Origin: Candidatus Zhuqueibacterota bacterium
GTDB lineage: Bacteria > Zhuqueibacterota > Zhuqueibacteria > Thermofontimicrobiales > Thermofontimicrobiaceae
DNA: 64,000 nt
NCBI GenBank assembly: GCA_016783825.1
Contig: JADHVV010000003.1
Span: 45 to 64,044 of the forward strand
Reading direction: 5' to 3'
Positions 47,989-56,779 of this stretch are shown here, one piece after another (the first letter of the stretch is position 1; each line of letters starts with the position of its first letter). The notes beneath the pieces were generated by a model. That model ran no database searches, was not told the DNA's origin, and was given only the letters and a program-made list of their open reading frames with translations. The translations under genes were made by a program, and so were the position numbers.

Positions 47989-48021
47989 TAAATGCCCGCA
48001 CTATTTTTTTACAATCACATA

Positions 48022-48696
48022 TTATTTTGTTATATCAGCTAAACGAAGCGTTGCTTCTGCAACACGAATACCAAGTTTTTTTGCGCTTTCGATACCAAAC
48101 TCATCTTTTAAAATATTATCTTTGTGTGAATTCCAAAGAGTAGCGCCCTGAAAAGCTCCGGGTTTTCCACCAACAATCACGGCTTCATGGCAGAGCATTG
48201 CTGTGTGAATTTGTTGAATGACCAATTCCTGACCGCCGTTGCGATATGCTCCAACTGACAGCGCCCCAACAGATGTATTTGCCAGAATTAATTTAGGTTT
48301 TCTCAAAACAGAAAGCCGTTCTAAAAATGCCGCACACAATGAACTCATATTACGAAAATAAGCAGGAGAACCAATTATTATTCCCCCTAAGTTCGGCGCC
48401 TGAAATGATGGGAGGATTAATTCGAAATCATCTAAAATTTGTTGAGGAGCCCAACCGGCGATTGATTGACCTCCCAGGTCAATCATTTCAGTGGCAATAT
48501 TTGGATTCACACCTTTGGCAGCATTTAGAGCTGCTTTAACAGCGGTAGCCGTTGTTTTGCCTTTTCGCGGACTGCATGATACACCGATGATTAAAGTTTT
48601 TTTGTTAGATGCAAAAACGGATTTGGATGTCATACCAACTACGGCTGCAGTTCCAGCCGTTTGCATAAATTTTCTACGACTTACTGATTTTGACAT
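48022..48696 (-). CDS. flavodoxin-like/NADPH-dependent FMN-reductase-fold protein with twin-arginine signal
   Basis: The N-terminus SRRKFMQTAG...VFA is Tat-type. GVSCSPRKGKTT and GSPAYF motifs are present. Confidence 0.7.
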   Translation of the reverse strand: MSKSVSRRKFMQTAGTAAVVGMTSKSVFASNKKTLIIGVSCSPRKGKTTATAVKAALNAAKGVNPNIATEMIDLGGQSIAGWAPQQILDDFELILPSFQAPNLGGIIIGSPAYFRNMSSLCAAFLERLSVLRKPKLILANTSVGALSVGAYRNGGQELVIQQIHTAMLCHEAVIVGGKPGAFQGATLWNSHKDNILKDEFGIESAKKLGIRVAEATLRLADITK

Positions 48697-48771
48697 GGCA
48701 TTTCTCCTGACTTTTTGTTTAACAATTTGAGTGATTTAAAAACTGTTTCCAGTTTATATTATTAAAGCATA

Positions 48772-49824
48772 TTACCGAGTATTGTAAAAATATTTTTTCT
48801 GGAAATAAAGCGCCACATTAACCAGACCAATCAAAACAGGAACCTCAACCAAAGGTCCAATCACAGCCGCAAATGCCACACCCGAGTGAATACCAAACAC
48901 AGCAATCGCTACTGCAATTGCCAACTCGAAATTATTACTTGCTGCTGTAAATGACAGCGTGGCAGATTGAGCATAATTCGCCCCAATTTTTTTACTCATA
49001 TAAAATGAGACCAGAAACATGATAACAAAATAAATTAGTAAAGGAATGGCAATACGAACCACATCCATTGGTAATTGAACGATGTACTCGCCTTTGAGTG
49101 AAAACATGACAACAATTGTAAACAGTAACGCAATTAGCGTGATAGGACTGATTTTGGGAATAAATTTTGACTCATACCATTTTTTATCTTTCAGCTTAAT
49201 TAGTGAAAACCTGGTAATAATACCAGCAAGAAAAGGTATGCCCAAATAAATAAAAACGCTTTTTGCAATTTGCCCGATGGTTATTTCTACTGCTGTGCCT
49301 TTTAAGCCAAACCATGTTGGCAAAATGGTGATAAAAATGTAAGCATAAACTGAAAAGAATAGCACCTGAAAGATGGAATTAAAAGCGACCAATCCAGCGG
49401 CATATTCAGTATCGCCTTTTGCCAGTTCGTTCCATACAATGACCATGGCAATACATCGAGCTAAACCAATCATAATTAAACCGTACATATATTCCGGATA
49501 GCCGCTTAAAAAAACAATTGCCAATACGAACATGAGAATAGGACCAACTATCCAGTTTTGAACGAGCGACAGACCCAATACTCGCCAGTTGCGAAAAACT
49601 TCGCCTAATTCTTCATATTTAACTTTGGCTAATGGCGGGTACATCATTAAAATTAAACCAAAAGCAATGGGAATGTTGGTGGTGCCGACTTGAAAGTGAT
49701 TCCAGAAATCAACTATTCTCGGAAACAAGTATCCAGAACCGACCCCAACAGCCATCGCTAAAAAAATCCAGAGCGTTAAGAAACGATCTAAAAATGATAA
49801 ACGTTTAATAATACCTGTGCTCAT
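48772..49824 (-). CDS. acr3: ACR3-family arsenite efflux permease
   Basis: 350 aa. [22 protein letters not shown] and ARCIAMV blocks. Confidence 0.92.
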   Translation of the reverse strand: MSTGIIKRLSFLDRFLTLWIFLAMAVGVGSGYLFPRIVDFWNHFQVGTTNIPIAFGLILMMYPPLAKVKYEELGEVFRNWRVLGLSLVQNWIVGPILMFVLAIVFLSGYPEYMYGLIMIGLARCIAMVIVWNELAKGDTEYAAGLVAFNSIFQVLFFSVYAYIFITILPTWFGLKGTAVEITIGQIAKSVFIYLGIPFLAGIITRFSLIKLKDKKWYESKFIPKISPITLIALLFTIVVMFSLKGEYIVQLPMDVVRIAIPLLIYFVIMFLVSFYMSKKIGANYAQSATLSFTAASNNFELAIAVAIAVFGIHSGVAFAAVIGPLVEVPVLIGLVNVALYFQKKYFYNTR

Positions 49825-49917
49825 CTATTACTCCCGTTTAATTAATTTTGTAATACCATAAGTTTAAAAAACTTCTTTATACTTCGTTGTTTGTCGAAAT
49901 GAAAAAGATAAAAAAAG

Positions 49918-50271
49918 TTATCGACCACACAATTCTTCCCGGTTAACTGTATTAATTTTATCTTTATCTGCTAAAACCTGCTCCTCACCATTCAACCAAA
50001 AAGATAAAAGGGGCAGCAGTCCGTTAAGAAAATGATTGTTAGTTTCCGTAACTAGATGGTGTTCCACCCATTTGCCATCTTTCATATCTCCAATAATTCC
50101 AGCATTTTTCAGAATACTCAGGTGATTAGAAACAGTTGATGTGGCTAATCCCAACACTGCGGTTATTTCGCATACACATAAATCTTTCTGTTGAAGCATT
50201 TTTACGATACGGAGTCGGCTTTTGTCTGCCAATGCCTTAAATATTTTATTCAAATCATTCACTTTGTTCAT
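49918..50271 (-). CDS. arsR: ArsR/SmtB-family metalloregulator
   Basis: 117 aa. FKALAD..RLRI...L...DLCVCEI with the CVC metalloid site. Confidence 0.9.
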   Translation of the reverse strand: MNKVNDLNKIFKALADKSRLRIVKMLQQKDLCVCEITAVLGLATSTVSNHLSILKNAGIIGDMKDGKWVEHHLVTETNNHFLNGLLPLLSFWLNGEEQVLADKDKINTVNREELCGR

Positions 50272-50334
50272 CCTTTTAATTTCATTTCGATAAATATAGA
50301 AATATTATTTATAAAAATCAAGTAAATTTTTCTA

Positions 50335-50363
50335 TTGACATTTTTATTTTATTTTAGTATATT
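50335..50363 (+). promoter_or_regulatory. sigma70-type promoter of rpsT
   Basis: TTGACA (50335-50340), N17, TATATT (50358-50363). Confidence 0.6.
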
Positions 50364-50409
50364 ATCAATCGTAATTATTAAAACTTTAGCTAAAAAGAGA
50401 AGGATAACT

Positions 50410-50664
50410 ATGCCGCAACATAAATCATGTGAAAAACGAGTTAAGACCAATGCAAAGTCAAATCAGAGAAATGTAAGTTATAAGACACAAATGAAATCTT
50501 CGGTCAAAAAATTGAGAAGTATCTCTGATAAAGAAGTGATTCAGGATGAATTAAAAAAGACTTATTCCTTATTGGATAAATTGGCTTCAAAAAAAATTAT
50601 TCATAAAAATAAAGCTTCCAATCAAAAATCAAAACTTTCAAAATATGCGAACTCTTTAAGTTAG
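50410..50664 (+). CDS. rpsT: 30S ribosomal protein S20
   Basis: ATG 50410. MPQHKSCEKRVKTN...N...K......KK, 84 aa. Confidence 0.9.
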   Translation: MPQHKSCEKRVKTNAKSNQRNVSYKTQMKSSVKKLRSISDKEVIQDELKKTYSLLDKLASKKIIHKNKASNQKSKLSKYANSLS

Positions 50665-50690
50665 GTTCATAATGGTTTCAAAGATATTGA

Positions 50691-50762
50691 GACCGGATTA
50701 ACTAGATTTTGCCGGTAACTCCCCCTAATTCCGGTGAAGTGGTTTTTCCGGTCTTTTTTTTT
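50691..50762 (+). terminator. intrinsic terminator after rpsT
   Basis: gaccgga ... tccggtc with inner gccgg/ccgg pairing, followed by a 9-nt T-run. Confidence 0.7.
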
Positions 50763-51032
50763 GACACTTTAAAAAGTAGAATGCAACTATCATCCGGACA
50801 ATTTTTTCAAAGTATAATCTGTAAACGTAAATGCATGGCGCACTAGAGTACAGGTTTTAATACTTTAGTGCAAAGAGCAGGGCGCATGGCGGAAAAGCAG
50901 TTCAATTTATTTTTACTACTTGTCGTGCTATGCCCTTTGCATAACTGGATGTTTTTCTTTAAATTTGAAAAGTAATATTTGAAAAGTTACAAATTAAGCC
51001 TTAACGAGTAAAAGAATCCCTAGGAGATTACC

Positions 51033-51758
51033 ATGTCAAAAATTCCAAAAAAACCTGAACAAATTTTTGAACAATTTTCAAATGATTATAAAAATGCTTT
51101 CGGGGAAAACCTTATTTCGATTATTCTTTATGGAAGCGCAGCAAAAGGAGAGTATGTTTATAAAAAGTCTGATATCAATTTTCTAATAATTCTAAATGAA
51201 ACGGGAATCGGACAATTAAAAAAAGCACTGCCTTTGATTAAACGTTGGCAGAAAAGAAAAGTAAGTACGCCGCTAATTTTAACAAAAGAATACATCCACT
51301 CGTCTCTTGACAGCTTCCCCATCGAATTTTTAACCATGAAACAAAATCACAAAGTGGTTTTTGGTGAAGATATTTTCGCCGAACTAAAAATTAAGGATAA
51401 AGATTTGCGTTTGCAATGTGAGCGGGAGATAAGGGGTAAATTGCTTCATTTGCGGGAGAGTTACCTGAATACTTATGGCGAAAACCGTTTGATTAAACAG
51501 CTGCTTAGATTATCAGTACCAACATTCACATCAATTTTTTCGGCGCTGCTTCATCTAAAAAAGGTAGAAATTCCACCATCTAAAAAGGAAATCTTCAAAT
51601 TAACCGCAGATGAATTTGACATCGATTACCCGGTTTTTGAAAAATTGATTAAATTGAATGAAAATGGTATCAAATTGAATAAAGAACAACTCAATCAATT
51701 AGTGGAACAATACATCCAACAAATCAGACAATTAACAAATATAGTTGACAAGTTATAG
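51033..51758 (+). CDS. nucleotidyltransferase-domain (Pol-beta superfamily) protein
   Basis: 241 aa. ILYGSAAKGEY....SDINFLII NTase motif. The long helical C-terminal region is unassigned. Confidence 0.6.
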   Translation: MSKIPKKPEQIFEQFSNDYKNAFGENLISIILYGSAAKGEYVYKKSDINFLIILNETGIGQLKKALPLIKRWQKRKVSTPLILTKEYIHSSLDSFPIEFLTMKQNHKVVFGEDIFAELKIKDKDLRLQCEREIRGKLLHLRESYLNTYGENRLIKQLLRLSVPTFTSIFSALLHLKKVEIPPSKKEIFKLTADEFDIDYPVFEKLIKLNENGIKLNKEQLNQLVEQYIQQIRQLTNIVDKL

Positions 51759-51772
51759 TTTAGGAGAGAGAA

Positions 51773-52348
51773 ATGAGCAAAGGTTTAAAAATTTTTTTAA
51801 TTGTTTTGGCAGTAATTATTGTTTTGATTTTCATCCTTTTTTCTTCAATTAAAGGTATTTACAATTCATTTGTAACTCTGGATGAGGGGGTTAACAATTC
51901 CTGGGCACAGGTAGAAACTGTATTGCAACGAAGATTTGATCTGATCCCCAATCTCGTTGAAACTGTGAAAGGTTATGCCAGTCACGAAAAAGAGGTGCTG
52001 ACAGAAGTTACAAAAGCAAGGGCAAGTGTTGGAGGCGCTTCAACAATTAATGATAAAATTCAGGCAAACAATCAATTAACCAGCGCCCTGTCAAGATTGT
52101 TAGTCGTTGTAGAAAAATACCCGGATTTGAAAGCAAACCAAAATTTTATTCGACTGCAGGACGAATTAGCCGGCACAGAAAATCGCATTGCGGTTGAACG
52201 ACGTCGTTATAATGACACTGTTAAAACATACAATCAAAAAATCAGAATTTTTCCCAACAACCTATTTGCCGGAATGTTTGGCTTTGAAAAAAGAGCATAT
52301 TTCGAAGCGCCAAAGGAAGCGCAAGATGCCCCAAAAGTGGAATTTTAG
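51773..52348 (+). CDS. lemA: LemA-family protein
   Basis: 191 aa with an N-terminal TM helix. WAQVE..LQRR.DLIPNLV..VKGYA.HE block. Confidence 0.9.
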   Translation: MSKGLKIFLIVLAVIIVLIFILFSSIKGIYNSFVTLDEGVNNSWAQVETVLQRRFDLIPNLVETVKGYASHEKEVLTEVTKARASVGGASTINDKIQANNQLTSALSRLLVVVEKYPDLKANQNFIRLQDELAGTENRIAVERRRYNDTVKTYNQKIRIFPNNLFAGMFGFEKRAYFEAPKEAQDAPKVEF

Positions 52349-52412
52349 TAAATAGTATCTAAACAATGAACTTCTTGCACATTGGGCAAAAAAAATTGAA
52401 TTTAAAATAAGA

Positions 52413-52518
52413 GGGTTGGGAAGGTAATTTGGTAATAAGGAAATTGGGTAATAAAAAATAGATAAGTATTTTGAATTCCCAATTACCCAATAAACTAATT
52501 ACCCAGTTACCTCATTGG
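52413..52518. repeat. word-built hairpin (GGTAAT words) after lemA
   Basis: gggttgggaaggtaatttggtaataaggaaattgggtaat vs attcccaattacccaataaactaattacccagttacctcattgg. Confidence 0.55.
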
Positions 52519-52520
52519 CT

Positions 52521-52543
52521 CTGGCTTGTCCAGGTTAGGAAAA
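52521..52543. repeat. second solo copy of the 22-nt TIR-like motif
   Basis: ctggcttgtccaggttaggaaaa. See 9819-9840. Confidence 0.45.
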
Positions 52544-52615
52544 ACAGTAGCAGAGGCAGTTGCAGTCAGGTTATTGTTCTCGCTTCAAGACTGTTTCTGC
52601 CACTGCTACTGCAAC
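52544..52615. repeat. word-built hairpin (CAGTAG/CAGAGG/CAGTTG words) in the cstA leader
   Basis: acagtagcagaggcagttgcagtc vs gactgtttctgccactgctactgcaac. Confidence 0.5.
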
Positions 52616-52668
52616 TTTACCCAAACTAATCATTCATAAAATAACGGCAACGGCAAGGACAATTAAAT

Positions 52669-54339
52669 ATGAGCGCCACTATATTAATCGTTGTTGCAAT
52701 AATCTGTTTTGTTCTGGGTTACATCTTCTACGGCAGGTATGTGGCTGCAAAATTAGGCATCGATCCGACGAGAGAAACACCTGCCCATACAATGCGCGAT
52801 AATGTGGATTACGTTCCTGCTAAAGCGCCGGTTTTATTGGGTCATCATTTTGCTTCCATCGCTGGAGCAGCGCCAATTATTGGTCCCATCGTAGCTGCAG
52901 TTTTTGGCTGGGTGCCTGTTTTTCTCTGGATAATATTTGGTAATATTTTCATTGGCGCAGTTCACGATTTTACTTCGTTGCTTGTCTCGGTCAGACACAA
53001 AGGTCAGTCCATTGGTAAAGTAATTGAAGAACAGATTGGGCAAAAAGGGAAGCAATTGTTTCTCATTTTTGCCTGGGCAACTTTAGTGCTGATCATTGCA
53101 GCGTTTGCCATCTTGGTAGCTAAAACATTCGTATCAACCCCGGCAGTAGCAACTTCATCCACACTTTTTATCGCGCTGGCAGTTTTGTTCGGATTTTCAG
53201 TTTACCGGATGAAAACTTCTTTAGCCGTGGCAACCATCGTTGGCGTTGCACTGTTATTAATTTGTGTTTGGTTGGGTGTAAAATATCCATTGACGTTGTC
53301 CTCTGATGCAGCACAATCCCAACAAATATGGTCGTGGATATTATTGATTTATATTTTTATAGCATCAGTAACCCCTGTCTGGATTTTATTACAACCCCGG
53401 GATTACCTGAATTCTTTCCTGCTGTATTTAGTCCTGATTGGCGCTTTTTTAGGAATTTTGTTCAAAAATCCGTCCATTGAATTCCCTGCCTTTACTCATT
53501 TCGTCGATCCAAAATTAGGATCCATGTTCCCGATTCTGTTTGTTACTGTCGCCTGTGGTGCAATTTCGGGATTTCATTCATTGGTTGCTTCCGGTACGAC
53601 ATCAAAACAACTCAATCGGGAAACTGATGCCAAGCCGGTTGGTTTTGGCGCAATGTTAATTGAGGGATTGCTGGCAATCATTGCACTCATCACGGTCGCA
53701 ACATTATTGAAATCGGATTATGGAGCGCGGCTTTCTTCCGAAGGGCCAATCAGTCTCTTTTCAAACGGAGTCGGCAGTTTTGTTGAAAAATTAGGGATTC
53801 CCCTTGAAGCAGGAATAACCTTTGCCGCTTTGGCAGTCTCTGCTTTTGCGCTCACCTCGCTTGATACGGCTACCAGGTTAGGGCGGTTTACGTTTCAGGA
53901 ATTTTTCCGATGCGAAGAAAAAACTCCGGTTCAGGATTTTTTAACAAACAGGTTCGTGGCTACTTTTTTTACACTGATCCCGGCAGGAATTTTAGCGTTA
54001 TCCGGAAGTTACACAGCAATCTGGCCCATTTTTGGATCAGCCAATCAACTGTTGGCTGCGCTGGCATTATTGGCTGGCAGTGTTTGGTTGGCGAAAAAAC
54101 AGCATAAAAACCACTTTCTCCGCTACCCGATGTATTTTATGTTTGCTGTAACTCTCTCCGCACTTTTGGTTTTAATTTACAAAAAGGTAAAATTACTAAT
54201 AAGCTATTATTCAGCACAAAATATGGGCGAATCATTCAGTTTGGTAAGTACATATTTTTTGGCGGTGATTGGTATTGTGTTGTTTATTGTGGCGATCATT
54301 TTGGTTGTTGAGGCGTATAAGAAGTTAGCGAGATCGTAA
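52669..54339 (+). CDS. cstA: carbon starvation protein CstA (peptide/pyruvate transporter family)
   Basis: 556 aa, polytopic. HHFASIAGAAPIIGP, VHDF and CGAISGFHSLVASGTTSKQ blocks. Confidence 0.92.
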   Translation: MSATILIVVAIICFVLGYIFYGRYVAAKLGIDPTRETPAHTMRDNVDYVPAKAPVLLGHHFASIAGAAPIIGPIVAAVFGWVPVFLWIIFGNIFIGAVHDFTSLLVSVRHKGQSIGKVIEEQIGQKGKQLFLIFAWATLVLIIAAFAILVAKTFVSTPAVATSSTLFIALAVLFGFSVYRMKTSLAVATIVGVALLLICVWLGVKYPLTLSSDAAQSQQIWSWILLIYIFIASVTPVWILLQPRDYLNSFLLYLVLIGAFLGILFKNPSIEFPAFTHFVDPKLGSMFPILFVTVACGAISGFHSLVASGTTSKQLNRETDAKPVGFGAMLIEGLLAIIALITVATLLKSDYGARLSSEGPISLFSNGVGSFVEKLGIPLEAGITFAALAVSAFALTSLDTATRLGRFTFQEFFRCEEKTPVQDFLTNRFVATFFTLIPAGILALSGSYTAIWPIFGSANQLLAALALLAGSVWLAKKQHKNHFLRYPMYFMFAVTLSALLVLIYKKVKLLISYYSAQNMGESFSLVSTYFLAVIGIVLFIVAIILVVEAYKKLARS

Positions 54340-54406
54340 TCGTTTACCATCTGTTTTCTGATAAAGTCGCTCGTTCATAAAAGAACAGGAGAATATGGCG
54401 GAATGA

Positions 54407-54452
54407 GGGAAATTAGGTAATAAGGTAATTTGGTAATTAGGTAATTAGGAAC
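54407..54452. repeat. tandem GGTAAT-word array after cstA, direct repeat of 52420-52452
   Basis: gggaaattaggtaataaggtaatttggtaattaggtaattaggaac. No complementary arm is nearby. Confidence 0.55.
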
Positions 54453-54484
54453 TTATAAATCCACAATGGGCAAAGAATCAAAAA

Positions 54485-54543
54485 GACAGAAAAATGAATG
54501 ACAGAAAAATGCCTTATTTTTTTGTCATCCATTTTTCTGTCAT
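54485..54543. repeat. word-built hairpin (GACAGAAAAATG words)
   Basis: gacagaaaaatgaatgacagaaaaatg vs tttttttgtcatccatttttctgtcat. Confidence 0.55.
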
Positions 54544-54689
54544 AATGGTTCTGGTTTGTTCAGATTGTGTAATTAATTTCAATAAAATTGATAAATTAAT
54601 TATTACTGTCCTAACAATGAGCAAAGATAATATTGACATTGAGCATGAATCATGGTTACACTTTTCAGCTAAAAGATTGACAACCGCTT

Positions 54690-55664
54690 ATGGCGATAAT
54701 GAACCGGAATATTCTCTTGACCTCATCAAAAACAAGAATTCGGAGTATAAAGAAAGGTGTTGTAGTGCTTACGCTAATTCCACAATCAAATAGAGTTTGG
54801 TTCGCAAAACATTTCATAATAATTTCTGTACTGTCTTTATTAACATCTGGCTGCAGCATCCAAAAATTAGCTGTCCGTTCCATGAGCGGAATTTTGGACA
54901 ACAGCATGTCTGCACTCTACGAAGAAACCGACCTTTTATTAGCAGAACAAGCATTAGCTTCCGATTTAAAATTGCTCGAAGGACTCATAAAAACCGATCC
55001 GGGAAATGAAAAATTATTATTGATGGCAAGCCAGGGATTTGGTGCTTATGCGCTCGGTTTTGTTGAAGATGAAAATTCCGAGCGGGCAAAAAATCTCTAC
55101 TTGCGGGGAAAGGGCTATGGATTTAAAATTTTAAACAAAAATCCAAACTTTCAAAAATCCATTACCGGTTCAACAGAAGACCTGAAACAAGCCCTCGCTT
55201 CATTCAGTAAAAAAGATGTACCGGCTCTTTTTTGGACTGCCAACAACTGGGCAAACTGGATCAATCTGAATTTCAACAATCCGGATGCGCTCATCGATCT
55301 GCCAAGAGTTCAACTTTTAATGGAGCGGGTGCTTGAGTTGGATGAATCATATTTCTTTGGCGGTGCGCACCTGTTTTTTGCTACTATTTATGCTGTGCGC
55401 CCTCCCATTTTGGGGGGCGATATTAAAAAATCGGAATACCATTTTAACAGGTGTTTCAATTTCAGTAGTGAAAAATTTTTGCTTCCTTACGTCTATTATG
55501 CGCAATTTTACCTGACACGACAATTTGATGAGGATTTGTTTGTAAAGACATTGGAAAAAGTGCTAAACACACCAGGTGATATTTTACCAGGGCAGCAGTT
55601 GCCGAATGCGATTGCGAAAGAGAAAGCCAGGAAGCTACTAAATAACAAAGATGAACATTTTTAA
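54690..55664 (+). CDS. tatT: TatT-type TPR lipoprotein associated with TRAP transporters
   Basis: Lipobox LLTSGC. AEQALASDLKLLEGLIKTDP.N..LL..A.QGF.AYA.GFVED block. The true start is uncertain; GTG 54765 after AAAGAAAGG is plausible. Confidence 0.78.
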   Translation: MAIMNRNILLTSSKTRIRSIKKGVVVLTLIPQSNRVWFAKHFIIISVLSLLTSGCSIQKLAVRSMSGILDNSMSALYEETDLLLAEQALASDLKLLEGLIKTDPGNEKLLLMASQGFGAYALGFVEDENSERAKNLYLRGKGYGFKILNKNPNFQKSITGSTEDLKQALASFSKKDVPALFWTANNWANWINLNFNNPDALIDLPRVQLLMERVLELDESYFFGGAHLFFATIYAVRPPILGGDIKKSEYHFNRCFNFSSEKFLLPYVYYAQFYLTRQFDEDLFVKTLEKVLNTPGDILPGQQLPNAIAKEKARKLLNNKDEHF

Positions 55665-55717
55665 CGGAACGTCCGCCGTCTTTTTGGCGGATTGTCAATT
55701 GTTTTTGGAGATAGCTG

Positions 55718-56779
55718 ATGAAAAAAATACCACTTATCATCCTTCTGTTGTTACTAACTAATACCCTTACATTTGCCCAAAAATACAAAATAAAATTCGC
55801 CAGCCTTGCCCCTGACGGTTCTACGTGGATGAATGTCATGCGTGAGTTGGATCAAACAATCAGGCAAGAAACAGGCGGTGAAGTCGGTTTCAAAATTTAC
55901 CCGGGCGGTGTTGCCGGTGATGAAAAAGATGTGCTGCGCAAAATCAGACTGGGACAGCTTCACAGCGCCGGATTCACTGGTGTTGGGCTTGGTGAAATTT
56001 TCTCCGAAGTGCGTATTTTTGATTCGCCTTTTTTATTCAGGAATTATGAAGAAGTCGATTTCATTCAGAAAAAATTCTTTGATCAATTTGCAAAAGGTTT
56101 TGAGGAAAAAGGATTCATTTTATTGGGATGGGCTGATGTCGGATTTGTTTATGTTTTCTCAAACTCGCCTGTCAAAAAATTAGACGATATGAAAAAAGTA
56201 AAAATGTGGATGTGGGAAGGCGATTTTGTGGCTGAGGCAACCTTCAAAGCGTTGTCAATAAATCCCATTCCATTATCCGTCATTAATGTAATGACAGCGC
56301 TGCAGACAGGAATGGTAAATGGTGTTTACACTTCTCCCCTGGCAATGATCGCTTTGCAATGGTTCACCAAAGTAAAATACATGATGAAAATATCACTTGC
56401 TGATGCTGCCGGCGCTGTGTTGATTTCGAAACGAATGTTCAATAAACTGCCCCCGGAATATCAAAATATATTGAAAACAAAATCAAAAGAATATCTTACA
56501 AAATTAATGAAATTGAGCCGTGAAGATAATCAGCGCTCAATCGAGACGCTAAAAAAAAATGGTATCAAACTTGTTCCCGCGCCACCTGCTGAACAGATGT
56601 CACAATTTTATGAAGCCGGCAAAAAAGCACGCCGGATGATGGCGAAGAAACTTTATTCTTTAGAATTGGTGGAAGAAGTGGAAAAGTCTTTAATTGATTA
56701 TCGCAAGCGGAGCCTAATTCCAAAATCCAAAATTCCAAATAATAAATCAGAAAATCTAAAAATTCCTAAATCCAAATAA
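55718..56779 (+). CDS. dctP: TRAP transporter substrate-binding protein (DctP family)
   Basis: 353 aa with a signal peptide and DctP-family blocks. The last about 20 codons run into a word repeat (IPKSKIPNNKSENLKIPKSK). Confidence 0.88.
   Translation: MKKIPLIILLLLLTNTLTFAQKYKIKFASLAPDGSTWMNVMRELDQTIRQETGGEVGFKIYPGGVAGDEKDVLRKIRLGQLHSAGFTGVGLGEIFSEVRIFDSPFLFRNYEEVDFIQKKFFDQFAKGFEEKGFILLGWADVGFVYVFSNSPVKKLDDMKKVKMWMWEGDFVAEATFKALSINPIPLSVINVMTALQTGMVNGVYTSPLAMIALQWFTKVKYMMKISLADAAGAVLISKRMFNKLPPEYQNILKTKSKEYLTKLMKLSREDNQRSIETLKKNGIKLVPAPPAEQMSQFYEAGKKARRMMAKKLYSLELVEEVEKSLIDYRKRSLIPKSKIPNNKSENLKIPKSK

Noticed and set aside
50272-50334. An ArsR operator candidate, the imperfect palindrome ATAAATATAGAAATATTATTTAT, between arsR and rpsT.
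   Set aside because: It is plausible by position, but the symmetry is weak and AT-rich. It cannot be distinguished from background without binding data.
50763-51032. A 270-nt gene-free stretch after rpsT with partial pairings (gcaaagagcagggcgcatggc ... gctatgccctttgc) and a duplicated gcatggcg. I considered it as a possible small RNA (SRP, 6S or other).
   Set aside because: No conserved SRP domain IV, RNase P, tmRNA or 6S hallmarks could be recognised. The pairing is modest. It would need covariance-model searches (Rfam/Infernal) and RNA-seq to decide.
54617-54793. A small ORF, MSKDNIDIEHESWLHFSAKRLTTAYGDNEPEYSLDLIKNKNSEYKER.... Its tail resembles the C-terminal ...W..LS...L...YG.DEPEY...DLIKE.NP.Y motif I associate with some small antitoxin-like proteins.
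   Set aside because: It rests on recollection only. There is no RBS, no partner toxin gene and no N-terminal DNA-binding domain. It overlaps the probable tatT start region. At most it is a relic.
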